From positions 1-64,000 of the IMG/VR virus record IMGVR_UViG_3300042509_001467: DNA of 64,000 nucleotides; one strand, written 5' to 3'. This document shows, one piece after another, positions 26,997 through 36,111 of the stretch (its first letter is position 1; each line of letters begins with the position of its first letter). This DNA comes from a virus. The notes beneath the pieces were generated by a model. That model did no database searches and was not told the origin of the DNA. It saw nothing but the letters and a program-made list of their open reading frames with translations. The translations under genes were made by a program, and so were the position numbers.

Positions 26997-27190
26997 GCCT
27001 TCGCCTCATCAGCATTGAATAGCTTCACGATCTGGCACTCTGCACCAGGTGCGAAGCACCTTTGCCCTAAGCTGCATCCGGTAATCGGACGCCATAGCTC
27101 CATCATTGACCATTGGCTAGAGTCCCAATCCGATCTAACGCGCCACGCGTGATTCTTATACTTCACGATTGAGCCGCTTGGAATAATCAC
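26993..27190 (-). CDS. Hypothetical early protein
   Basis: GTGA overlap; GGAGG RBS. Confidence 0.55.
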   Translation of the reverse strand: MIIPSGSIVKYKNHAWRVRSDWDSSQWSMMELWRPITGCSLGQRCFAPGAECQIVKLFNADEAKA

Positions 27191-27285
27191 GCTCTGAACC
27201 TCCTGGCGATTCTTCGAAGTTTGAGGGTGCTGATCTTGGTCCTGTTAACGTGACCTTTGCCTTGATATGTTTTGATTGTATCCAT
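27187..27285 (-). CDS. 32-aa basic peptide directly downstream of the twister ribozyme
   Basis: MDTIKTYQGKGHVNRTKISTLKLRRIARRFRA; GAGGATAG RBS. Confidence 0.5.
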   Translation of the reverse strand: MDTIKTYQGKGHVNRTKISTLKLRRIARRFRA

Positions 27286-27293
27286 GTGTCTAT

Positions 27294-27344
27294 CCTCACT
27301 CTCTATTTTCACGGGCTTGTGACCGTCCATGGCTAGATTAAGGG
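27294..27344 (-). ncRNA. Twister self-cleaving ribozyme (type P1)
   Basis: CCC UUAA UCUA GC CAUGG ACGG UCAC AA GC CCGU GAAAA UAGA GA GUGA GG: P2 UCUA/UAGA, P4 ACGG/CCGU, pseudoknots UCAC/GUGA and GC/GC, conserved UAA cleavage loop. Confidence 0.88.
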
Positions 27345-27369
27345 TGCCAGGTGCTAACCTGGCATAGTG

Positions 27370-27786
27370 TTACTTGATCTTTGAGAGTGTCCAGCCATCC
27401 TCAGTCTTGCCATTGAATGTCTGCTCTAGAGTCCAGCCCAATTCTTTAAGCGCGTTGATCACTGATGATTCACCCGCTGCCGAGGTTCGCGCGATCTTGT
27501 TATGCTCATCGCTTCCATGAGTGTAAATCCATCTTAGAAAATCTGCCATGACTGCCGAGGTCTTGCAATACCCATACCCGCTGGCATACGCTACCTTTTC
27601 GCCTCGATGGTTACTGATTCGCGGGCATGACCCCCAGGTACTAGACTTGTTGTAGCTGATTGCGAATCCGGCGCGTCCAGTGCCGTACTCTGAGTTGATT
27701 TGATTTACTAACACTTGCGCGTATTCTTGTGCGCGTAATTCAAGCGTCGTTAGTTTAGGTGTTTTGGTTGTTGTTGTATCGCTCAT
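27370..27786 (-). CDS. Hypothetical early protein
   Basis: SSTWG..P and ASGYGYCKTSA motifs; AGGATA RBS. Confidence 0.7.
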   Translation of the reverse strand: MSDTTTTKTPKLTTLELRAQEYAQVLVNQINSEYGTGRAGFAISYNKSSTWGSCPRISNHRGEKVAYASGYGYCKTSAVMADFLRWIYTHGSDEHNKIARTSAAGESSVINALKELGWTLEQTFNGKTEDGWTLSKIK

Positions 27787-27822
27787 TTGGTTTATCCTTA
27801 GTCTTGATTGCTGGTCATTGCG

Positions 27823-28077
27823 TTAGTTTTGTACGCTCATGTGGTCACTGTAGCTGCTCAGATACTCCTGCAGGTACTCAGGGTCATTATCACGCTTTGC
27901 GGCCGCTATCTCTGAGCGAATCTCTTCCATGTCCCCGGCATCGTCTATAATCACTGAGCGTTTACCCTGGCTGATTTGGTAGTAATGGCATCCGAACCGG
28001 TTTACTAGCTTAACTGTATATTTGGTCTTAGGTCGCGCCACTGTAAAGAGTGAACCGTTCAGGTATTCCGGTGTCAT
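27823..28077 (-). CDS. Hypothetical early protein (start MTPEYL)
   Basis: ATGA overlap with the upstream gene. Confidence 0.55.
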   Translation of the reverse strand: MTPEYLNGSLFTVARPKTKYTVKLVNRFGCHYYQISQGKRSVIIDDAGDMEEIRSEIAAAKRDNDPEYLQEYLSSYSDHMSVQN

Positions 28078-28519
28078 ACAACACCCCACATCTCTTGCCC
28101 GTCCACGTACAATGTCATATTGCCATGATCTGAGACCACCAGGTAAGTACCCGATGGATCGTCTGGCAATTCGTCGCACTTGATCAAATCGCCATCGTAA
28201 ATGTCATGTTCTAGACTCTCTTGGCTGATCCAATACCCGAAGTCTGAACCATCTCCCTCATGCGCTCCAAAGTACGCGTATGGTGGTGCAATAGCGTTCA
28301 TCTCATCGAAGAGAATGTCATTCAGGTACTCGTCCAGTAGGTCATCGTCCCCAACCTCCTCATCAGTTAGGCGATTCAATGCATCCTGAATCTCTTCGGG
28401 TAGCGTGAAGGATGAATTGTACTCTTTGAGTACGTCCACGAAGTCAGGAATGAGATCGGCTGCGATGTGCGTACCATGTGAGATGGTGCCGAGTGGTGCG
28501 AATTGTTTTGATCGTGTCA
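28074..28519 (-). CDS. Acidic hypothetical early protein (start MTRSKQF)
   Basis: ISHGT...DLIP and YFGAHEGDGSDFGYW motifs; GGAGG RBS. Confidence 0.7.
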
Positions 28520-28729
28520 TTAAAATAGTCCTCCAAATTGGCAATGCTGCCGCATCTCTTTTTCGCTCATGGGCTCGCAAGTCATGCGCTCGATTGTTTC
28601 TAGGCATGATTGGTCCGACTTTTGGGACCAGAAACGCTTTAGATCGTCTAGGTCCTCTTGGTAAAACCTGCTGCCGGGAGTGAGATGCTTCGAAGCTAGT
28701 TTAAAAGCTTTTTGCTGTAATCGTGTCAT
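28520..28729 (-). CDS. First gene of the leftward early operon, hypothetical
   Basis: Follows the extended -10 promoter and a GGATA RBS. Confidence 0.6.
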   Translation of the reverse strand: MTRLQQKAFKLASKHLTPGSRFYQEDLDDLKRFWSQKSDQSCLETIERMTCEPMSEKEMRQHCQFGGLF

Positions 28730-28766
28730 TTTGGTTATCCATGCAGCTCGCCGAGCTACGTTTAAG

Positions 28767-28775
28767 ATATTAGCA
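28767..28775 (-). promoter_or_regulatory. Extended -10 promoter of the leftward early operon
   Basis: TG-C-TAATAT about 40 nt upstream of ATG 28729. Confidence 0.5.
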
Positions 28776-28890
28776 CAGTATTTTCTAAACTGTATACTTC
28801 CGGTATCCTATTTTGTGCAAGTCAGGTATTTATACTGTATTCACTGAATACATTTATATTCAGATTTTTTTGTTTTTTGGAATATGAGCT

Positions 28891-28911
28891 TATTGCAAAC
28901 AATTTGCAATA
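28891..28911. promoter_or_regulatory. Operator-like palindrome
   Basis: TATTGCAAA-CAA-TTTGCAATA, a perfect 9-bp inverted repeat in the AT-rich divergent control region. Confidence 0.5.
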
Positions 28912-29320
28912 GTGTGATCCGACAATAAGCCAAGACGCCATTTGGTACGCGCTTCCAACCTTGTACCTATCCCTAGAAGTTCCGGCGCAGCTTTGTACCT
29001 TTTCTTGCGTGTATATAGTGTGTGGTACGTTTGTCTACACGTTTTACGTTAAAATTAATTCGTTCGATTTCCTAATTGTTGCGTGTGCAAGTATTTAGGT
29101 AGGGGGTACGGGGGACGAGCGGTTGAATTGTAGGGTATGTACCCCAACACATATGCCGACCTATTTTCAATTACCCCTTGCTCGTACCTACTCTCGATCT
29201 CAAGTTCAATTCAGCCTACGTAGCGACAGCGAATGTAGGCGTGTATTTTTCTTTTGAACCTAAATCAAGTGCCATAACGTTATTCCAAGACTTTATTTAA
29301 AAACCTGGTAATTTTAACAG

Positions 29321-29349
29321 TAGACAAGGTTTTTTTTACCGGGTATATT
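29321..29349 (+). promoter_or_regulatory. Sigma70-type promoter
   Basis: TAGACA-17 bp-TATATT. Confidence 0.65.
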
Positions 29350-29355
29350 CCTTCC

Positions 29356-29535
29356 TATACAGACTGAGCGATAGCTTAGTCTGCCCGCGACTAGCGGGAG
29401 CCGCACCAAGCTCCGGATTACAAGCTTTCACCCACGCCCTGCTAATTCGCAGGGCGCAAGAAGCAAGCATAGTAGTTTAGCGTAAGTACAATAGGATGCT
29501 TAAAGTGGATGCTCAAAGTGAAGCTACGCCTGGAT
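29356..29535 (+). ncRNA. Candidate structured ncRNA or late-operon leader
   Basis: Consecutive stems CAGACTGAGC/GCTTAGTCTG, CCCGC/GCGGG, CGCCCTGC/GCAGGGCG and AAGCAT/ATGCTT, enclosed by CCAC/GTGG and AGCT(T)TCAC/GTGAAGCT, right after the promoter. Confidence 0.5.
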
Positions 29536-29609
29536 GTTTACCTTAGTTGTATACGGGTATTTACGAGTAATTAGAGTCTTTTAGGGGTTGTGACTCGTTC
29601 TTAGAGTTA

Positions 29610-30209
29610 ATGGGAGAATTAACACCAAGACAGAGGGAGTGGCTTGAAGAGGTGGATATGCCTAAGCCTGAGTCTATTAACACAGGGCGTAGCCCTGCTA
29701 GTAGGCAACTCTTGATTACAAGGCTCGGTCACCCTAGTGAGTTCTATACTACTAAGTGCGGGGTTGTGCAGCCAGGCTTACTGGCTGACCGGATTGTGAC
29801 TCGGAGTGTTGGACCCTTTCGGGTGACTGGGCTTGATGTTGCGGTTGCTTGTCTTGCTTACGCTATGAAGCGGGTCAAGCAATATGAGTCAGAGTTGTAC
29901 GGGATTCTTGGAAGTGCCGGGATGCTCTGCGTTCGCATGGTGCGCGGGGGTAACTCGCCTAGCATACATAGCTGGGGATGCGCTATTGACATCTTGATTG
30001 GCGGGAAGTTAGACGACTATGGAGACGGCAAGACCCTCAAAGGCTTGTTTGTCCTCCATCAGTACATGAAGCAGGAGGGTTGGTACTGGGGCGCGGAGTT
30101 TCGTAAAGAGGATTCGATGCACTGGGAACTAGCCAATGACAGGTTGCAGACCTTACTCTCTTTGAGAGGTAAGGAGTTGCGTGACTACATCGCGGGAAGT
30201 AAAACATGA
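29610..30209 (+). CDS. Endolysin, M15-family zinc peptidase
   Basis: R..RG...SIHSWGCAIDI and WGAEF...DSMHWE motifs. Confidence 0.88.
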   Translation: MGELTPRQREWLEEVDMPKPESINTGRSPASRQLLITRLGHPSEFYTTKCGVVQPGLLADRIVTRSVGPFRVTGLDVAVACLAYAMKRVKQYESELYGILGSAGMLCVRMVRGGNSPSIHSWGCAIDILIGGKLDDYGDGKTLKGLFVLHQYMKQEGWYWGAEFRKEDSMHWELANDRLQTLLSLRGKELRDYIAGSKT

Positions 30210-30592
30210 AATTCAAAATCTATCTAAGCGTGAAGTTTCGTGCCTTTGGGATCACCTTTGGCACCGTGAAGAAGGAATGGGAGCGGGATTTACCCCGTGA
30301 GATCAAAGACGGCTTTGTTTTTAAGCCCATTAACGAGAAGGATGTCAAGGTCGAGATTGATTTAGACCCGCTAGTGGAGGTCGGCAACGAGTTTAACACC
30401 CTGATTACTGCCACGGTCAAGTACCGAGTACCTATTTTCGGGTACTGGAACGAAATTCAGCAAGAAACAGAGGTCAAATTTCCATCAACGGGTACGCATA
30501 CCGCGATTAAAGAGCGCGGTATTAATCTGACCTACGAATGGACGCGAGTTGCTCCAACAATCTTGCGTGATACCGACAAGATTAAGCCTTGA
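30206..30592 (+). CDS. Hypothetical protein with an apparent internal two-fold repeat
   Basis: VKFRAFG...INEKDV versus VKYRVPIFG...IKERGI. Confidence 0.55.
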   Translation: MKFKIYLSVKFRAFGITFGTVKKEWERDLPREIKDGFVFKPINEKDVKVEIDLDPLVEVGNEFNTLITATVKYRVPIFGYWNEIQQETEVKFPSTGTHTAIKERGINLTYEWTRVAPTILRDTDKIKP

Positions 30593-31074
30593 AGAAGCCT
30601 AGAGACGAGCATAACGACGAGTTAGGGGCTGATTTGCCAGCCGAGACGCCAGCCGTTCGCGGTGATGTGCTGATCGGCAAGGCGATTCCAGCCCTTGCTA
30701 TGGGTACTTTGGTCGGCAAGTTTGTTGTCAAGGTCGCCACGGGCGAATTGACGATGGATGCGGCGAAGTATGACGTTGGCTTGCCCTCTACTTGGTTCCC
30801 AGACCTAGAGGTTCTGGCAATGATTGAAGAAGTCAAGTCCAAGTACGAGATCGGGCAGATCATGTCTGGACCAGTCGTGCTTGGCGAGATGTGGGAGATA
30901 TACGCGGTGGCTAAGTTATCGGGCGATATGCGCCTTGCTTTGACTACCCTGAATATGATCTTGACGTGGGGATCAAAACTAGCCCCGCCAAAGAAGGCAG
31001 ACATCGAGGGGCAACAAGCAATCTCTCGCTTTACCGTGAGTAGAGACGCAGACCCAAGAGCAAAAAAGAAATGA
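30589..31074 (+). CDS. Putative terminase small subunit
   Basis: Position and size immediately upstream of terL; positional inference only. Confidence 0.45.
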   Translation: MKKPRDEHNDELGADLPAETPAVRGDVLIGKAIPALAMGTLVGKFVVKVATGELTMDAAKYDVGLPSTWFPDLEVLAMIEEVKSKYEIGQIMSGPVVLGEMWEIYAVAKLSGDMRLALTTLNMILTWGSKLAPPKKADIEGQQAISRFTVSRDADPRAKKK

Positions 31075-31081
31075 GAGTGTA

Positions 31082-32614
31082 ATGGATTGGCGAGAATTTA
31101 GATGTTGTAGCCCGGCGCAACGCCTCTTTCTTGACGCCTGTTTTGGCGTTGGGGTAAAGGCGCGTACCGACGGGCGTACAAAACTCTATGTTCTCGGCGG
31201 TGGTGCTGGATTCGGTGGTAAGTCCTACTCAATCCGCACCGGAATCTTTGAGGCGGCTGTACGGCTTGCTGAGGCGGGAGTAAACAACCCATTGCAACTT
31301 GTATGCTGCCTCATGGAGACTGACCTTGAAGAGCGGCATATCAACAAGATTCTGCATAGCCAGGACACGTACCCGCATGACGGCGAAGATATTGCTCGGC
31401 GTGGTCAGGACATCGGCTTGCTTAACGTTGGAACGCTAAAGCGTGAGGGTAAGAGCCAAGCCTGGACATTTACGTTTGAAGACCCGAAGCTAGGCAAGGT
31501 GTACTTTCGCCATGCCAAGAACCTAGACCGTAGAAAGGGTGCGGAGTACGATATGATCTGGGTGGACGAGCTTACGCAGTTTGCCCGTGAGGATTTTGAC
31601 TCCTTCAACTATATCCTTCGATCCTCAAAGAATCCCCCCTTCCTATCCTTCGTAGGCGTTACCAACCCTGACGGGCTTGGCAACTGGTGGGTGCGTAAGC
31701 TATGGGTTCCCGAGTTCCAAGACTTCTCAGACGAGAAGCTGACTAAGGAGCAGTTTGTCTTTGTACCCTTTAGGGCGACGGACAACCCGACCTTTAACGC
31801 TGACGTAGAGGCAACCCTGACCTCGGCATCGGACGTGATGGTCAAGAGCCGTTGGTACGGCGAGTGGGACATCATCAGCGGTATGCGCTTCCGGTTCCAA
31901 GAATCGGTGCATACCTTTACATGGCGCGACTTTGTAAAGTTCTACATGGGTAAGGAGTTTACGGATGCGCTGACTGATAGCATGGTCAATGACTATGCCC
32001 GGGAGCTATTGCTAGATGAGGAGCTTCTGGCGCATTACGCATCGTTTGACCCTGGTCTTGCTCATGCCTCCTTCCATATCCACGCCGTTGACAAGCATGG
32101 CAACGTTTGGACATGGCGTGAGCTTTACATGAACGACATGATTATCTTGGAGCAAGCTGACGCAATCCTCAAAGAACTTGCAGGGCTAAAGATCAGGAAG
32201 ATGTTTGCTGACCCTGCGCTATGGGGCAGGGATCAGGGGACGGGGCTTGCCCGTGTATCTCAGTTTAGGAAGAAGGGGATCAACTTCTTTCCAGCGTACA
32301 ACGACCGCATTAGCGGTTGGTCGCTGATAGACGAGAAGCTAGACCATAAGGGGCAACCAGGTACAGAAGGGTTTGTTAAGCCAAAGGCGATGATCCATTC
32401 TGGATGTAAGATGCTCTGCCACGGGTTACGGAACGCGCCAGCGAATAAGCATAACCCAGACGATATTGACCCTCAGTTTAAGGATGACCACGCACTAGAT
32501 GACTACCGCTACTTTATTTTCTCACACTTCGGGAAACCAACCAACGCAAACAGGAAGAAATATGACAACCAAAACAACAGAATCGAAGAAGGTTCAGCCC
32601 TTGCATCTCTCTAA
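31082..32614 (+). CDS. terL: Terminase large subunit
   Basis: Walker A GGAGFGGKS, Walker B WVDELTQF, TNP coupling motif, RNase H FDPG...ADP...DHALDDYRY. Confidence 0.93.
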   Translation: MDWREFRCCSPAQRLFLDACFGVGVKARTDGRTKLYVLGGGAGFGGKSYSIRTGIFEAAVRLAEAGVNNPLQLVCCLMETDLEERHINKILHSQDTYPHDGEDIARRGQDIGLLNVGTLKREGKSQAWTFTFEDPKLGKVYFRHAKNLDRRKGAEYDMIWVDELTQFAREDFDSFNYILRSSKNPPFLSFVGVTNPDGLGNWWVRKLWVPEFQDFSDEKLTKEQFVFVPFRATDNPTFNADVEATLTSASDVMVKSRWYGEWDIISGMRFRFQESVHTFTWRDFVKFYMGKEFTDALTDSMVNDYARELLLDEELLAHYASFDPGLAHASFHIHAVDKHGNVWTWRELYMNDMIILEQADAILKELAGLKIRKMFADPALWGRDQGTGLARVSQFRKKGINFFPAYNDRISGWSLIDEKLDHKGQPGTEGFVKPKAMIHSGCKMLCHGLRNAPANKHNPDDIDPQFKDDHALDDYRYFIFSHFGKPTNANRKKYDNQNNRIEEGSALASL

Positions 32615-33197
32615 GCAGAGAATACCTTTGCAGGTCTACGTCTCAATGCTTTCGATCCTTGATCAAGTATTGCGCGACACGGGGCGTATCCCGAGTGCAA
32701 AGCCCATCTTGTACGCGGGTGACGAGTGGCGCATCTCCTTTGTTCCAAACACAATCCATATCAACGGCATCATCACGGTCGAACGCTACCAGGGGCAACA
32801 CGTCTCAGAGCAACTGCACCGCCGCATCGTTGAACTGGGTGAAGAGCGCGACAACCTTATCAGGAAGATCAAGCCGCTATCGGTTTCGACCTTGCCACCA
32901 GAAGATAGTGACGCTTGGAAGGAGATGTCGGAGAACCGCAAGCTCAACATGAAGTACGAGCATGAGCGGCAGAAGAGGGCAAAAGATGTACCAACAACCC
33001 GCTTAGAGAATGTCAACAAGGAATATGATAGGCTTGCGGCTATGCAAGCCGAACTGACTATCGGGGTCAGTAGGTTTGACATTACGCTTGAAGACTTCCA
33101 GAAAGAGATTTGCACAAAGGATTCTGGACCGGGCAACTACCAAGTAGAGATGAACGTCAATCCCTATGTAGGACTATCTGACAATGCCGATCTTTGA
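32562..33197 (+). CDS. Hypothetical coiled-coil protein
   Basis: AGGA RBS before ATG 32562. Confidence 0.6.
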   Translation: MTTKTTESKKVQPLHLSKQRIPLQVYVSMLSILDQVLRDTGRIPSAKPILYAGDEWRISFVPNTIHINGIITVERYQGQHVSEQLHRRIVELGEERDNLIRKIKPLSVSTLPPEDSDAWKEMSENRKLNMKYEHERQKRAKDVPTTRLENVNKEYDRLAAMQAELTIGVSRFDITLEDFQKEICTKDSGPGNYQVEMNVNPYVGLSDNADL

Positions 33198-33507
33198 ATT
33201 TCAATCCCCGTCTGGCAGAATCTATGAGGAACTGTTTCCAGCAGGAAAGGCTCCTAAAGAGATGATCGTTGACGACAATGGTATGTCGGTCATCGCTAGA
33301 CGGATTGTATCAAAAGTGAATTTCAATGATTGGAGTTTATCACGTCAGAGAGAAGAGTCTGAGGACATGGCTTACCAAAAAGCGAGTTATCAGAATGACA
33401 CTCATGCTTCGCTCGGCTATAATCCAGAGACGGGCAAAAACCATACGATGAAGAGCTATGCCGATGCAGGGCATGGCAAACCAGTGGGGTTATCCAAAGA
33501 TTTATGA
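33184..33507 (+). CDS. FmdB-like protein lacking the zinc cysteines
   Basis: MPIFEFQSPSGRIYEELF...RRIVS resembles MP.YEY.C..CG..FE...R..S. Confidence 0.5.
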   Translation: MPIFEFQSPSGRIYEELFPAGKAPKEMIVDDNGMSVIARRIVSKVNFNDWSLSRQREESEDMAYQKASYQNDTHASLGYNPETGKNHTMKSYADAGHGKPVGLSKDL

Positions 33508-35285
33508 ACAGCTACCCAATAAGCAAGAAGTCCATTATCAATATGGCTGAATCGGCGGTAAGCCTCACCTACTACGACCGCGCATGGGTACTCAAAATGT
33601 TCATGTGTGGGCAGTACGACTTTGGCAAGTCGCTTGCCGATCAAAGTGTACGCAAGTGGTCATCGGGCAGCACAGGCGATATTTTGCCAACCTACCCCGA
33701 TGCAATCACAACCGACCAACCAGTAGGCGTCCAGAACTACGGGCTTGTCAACTCGCGCTATAACGTCCAGCGCATTGTATTTGCGGATGCAAGGTTCTCG
33801 TTTGACTTTGAGGATTCAAGAGAATCCGAGGTCAACAACGCATGGCTCAAAAAGATGTGGAGCCTTGGATCATGGTCTACCCCATTCATGGATGTGTGCT
33901 TTAGCTTTGAGCAGAACGGGATCGGGTTTGCCAAGTGCGGCGTATTGCCAGACGGAAGGATTCACTGGAAGTTTGTAGACCTGCACAACTGTATCTGGGA
34001 TCATGAGACTCGGAACCCTAACGAGTACCGATGGTACATTACCCGCGACTTTCTCTCTATCGCAGACGCGGCGGCAAAGTACGGTCACCTATTCTATGAC
34101 CCCGTTCTAAGCGAGGTCGAAAATGGCAAGAACATTGTCTCCGAGATTGAGAGGTTAGCGACTAACGTTAGCTTTGAGAACGGGCAAGCCCGTGGAACCT
34201 GGAAGCAGTTAGTGGAGTGGGAGTACAACTCCTATGATAAGCACTGCGTCATTCTAGGCGATCTGCGTACCGGGCGCATGGCAAACTGGGACGAGAATAC
34301 TGGTAAGTACCAATGGGCTAATACTGGCGGTAGCGACCTTGACGATCTTGCAGGACCACAACCGTTTGACTGTATCCCTATCGCAAAGATGTGGGACATC
34401 ATTGTACCAGGTCGCGCTAGACCCGTAGGCAAGGCAGAGTTCACAATCTCGCAAGCCTCTAGGATGAACCAGCTAGAGAGCGCAATGGGCGGCATCATTG
34501 ATAACGCGCCACCGCTTAACGGTATCGCCATGAACCTGATTACGCCTGAGATGAAGAAGAAGCTCGAAGATGCAATCAGTATGGGTAACACCGATCCAAA
34601 GGAGATTATGAAGCTCATTGCCTTTGAGACGGACGATATTAAGAACGGCATTGTGCGCTTACCAGGAGCCGAATTCCCAGTATCTATGCTCCAGCTTAGA
34701 GGCGAGATGGCGAGAGAGATGACTGCCAGCACCGGGGTTAACGATAACGATAGGGGCAACACCTTAGATGGTGACCGTGTTACCGCCCGTGAGGTTAGTA
34801 CGATCAACTCTAAGACCGACGTTCAGCCAGGTCATATCCGTAAGCAGTACGCCGAGTTCTTGCAAGAGATCGCTAAGATTTCTCGTAAGGTAGGCGCGAA
34901 GTATTCGCGCTGGCAAGGCGCGATCTACTACGAGGCAGAAGGCTCTTTGCTCCAACTTGACCTAACACGTTACCCGATCCATGTCTTCTTAAAGAAGGAG
35001 GCAGAGGTAACCGTATCGCCTGAATCCGTAGAGGGCTTGACCACCGAAGCGCGGCAACAGAAGCGTTTGCAACGGTTCGTCAACCTTGATTCGGTAGCGA
35101 TGCAGATGGGCGTCGTTGACGCCGTAAAGGTATTTAAGGACGTATACCGCGCCTTTGGCGTGAATGAGTTTGACGCATTAAGACCCGACCAGCAAGCGGC
35201 GATGCCACCAGGTATGCCACCAGAAGGCGGGCAAGACCCAACAGCAGCACTTAACGAGGCACGAGGAACACAACCACAATCATGA
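33504..35285 (+). CDS. Portal protein (podovirus-like)
   Basis: 593 aa between terL and scaffold; GIGFAK, TGVND..RG and TAREV motifs; Pro/Gln-rich tail. Confidence 0.8.
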   Translation: MNSYPISKKSIINMAESAVSLTYYDRAWVLKMFMCGQYDFGKSLADQSVRKWSSGSTGDILPTYPDAITTDQPVGVQNYGLVNSRYNVQRIVFADARFSFDFEDSRESEVNNAWLKKMWSLGSWSTPFMDVCFSFEQNGIGFAKCGVLPDGRIHWKFVDLHNCIWDHETRNPNEYRWYITRDFLSIADAAAKYGHLFYDPVLSEVENGKNIVSEIERLATNVSFENGQARGTWKQLVEWEYNSYDKHCVILGDLRTGRMANWDENTGKYQWANTGGSDLDDLAGPQPFDCIPIAKMWDIIVPGRARPVGKAEFTISQASRMNQLESAMGGIIDNAPPLNGIAMNLITPEMKKKLEDAISMGNTDPKEIMKLIAFETDDIKNGIVRLPGAEFPVSMLQLRGEMAREMTASTGVNDNDRGNTLDGDRVTAREVSTINSKTDVQPGHIRKQYAEFLQEIAKISRKVGAKYSRWQGAIYYEAEGSLLQLDLTRYPIHVFLKKEAEVTVSPESVEGLTTEARQQKRLQRFVNLDSVAMQMGVVDAVKVFKDVYRAFGVNEFDALRPDQQAAMPPGMPPEGGQDPTAALNEARGTQPQS

Positions 35286-36109
35286 GTACCCCAATAGAAG
35301 CACCCGCCGCAGTAGCGGCACCAGTAGTAGAAACCCCGGTATCTAACCCGTGGGCTGACATCGTAGAGGGCATGAAGCCCGAAGCTACAGAGGCAACCCC
35401 GGTAGCCGAAGCCCCAGTCGAGGCTCCGCCAGTCGTAACCCCGCCACCTGTTCAGATTGATCCGAACGAGTTTGCAAGTTTGCGAGAAGAGATGGACGCG
35501 CTAAGGAACCAAGTCGCGCCGCCACCTGCTCCCGCATTGCCACACTATGCGGGTTACTTTGACGATCATAGCGGCTTTACGTCAAGCGTAGACGTTGCCA
35601 ATATCAGGGAGCTTTACTCTGAGTCTGCTCCTGAGATGGTGCAAATGGCTGAGGATTATGCGAGGCTTGTAGACGTAGTAAACAATGCGATCTTGCCGAT
35701 GCTTAACCAGACGCGGCAACAAGCCGCGACCTTCCAGCCTATTGCTCAGTCTCAGATGGTGGAGCAAGTCAAGTCTACGTTTGAGCAAGCCGCACAATCT
35801 ATCAAGTCTAAATTAGGAGTTGAACTGAGTGGCGACGAGTTGGGACGAGGAATGATAGAGAATTTGCCTAAATTGATCGAAGCAAACGGTAATACGTATA
35901 CACCTGCTGATCTAGAACGGTGGTGGTATTCGTATAATATTGATAAAGTGTTAGCGGCTAAGGGCAACCCTGCGCCGTCTGACAATCAAGCACCTGCGTT
36001 TCCAGTAGCACCTCCGGTCAACGGAGTCTCTGCGGTTACCCCAGGGGCGGCGACGACGACGGAGAGCCGTATCTTTGCGGCGTTCCAGAATGGTAACCAA
36101 GGAAAATAA
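35282..36109 (+). CDS. Putative capsid scaffolding protein
   Basis: Pro/Ala/Glu-rich N-terminus, helical core, located between portal and capsid. Confidence 0.65.
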   Translation: MSTPIEAPAAVAAPVVETPVSNPWADIVEGMKPEATEATPVAEAPVEAPPVVTPPPVQIDPNEFASLREEMDALRNQVAPPPAPALPHYAGYFDDHSGFTSSVDVANIRELYSESAPEMVQMAEDYARLVDVVNNAILPMLNQTRQQAATFQPIAQSQMVEQVKSTFEQAAQSIKSKLGVELSGDELGRGMIENLPKLIEANGNTYTPADLERWWYSYNIDKVLAAKGNPAPSDNQAPAFPVAPPVNGVSAVTPGAATTTESRIFAAFQNGNQGK

Positions 36110-36111
36110 CA

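Noticed and set aside
26995-27015. CUGAUGA hammerhead core on the minus strand
   Set aside because: No correctly placed GAAA or flanking stems; the sequence is coding (NADEAKA).
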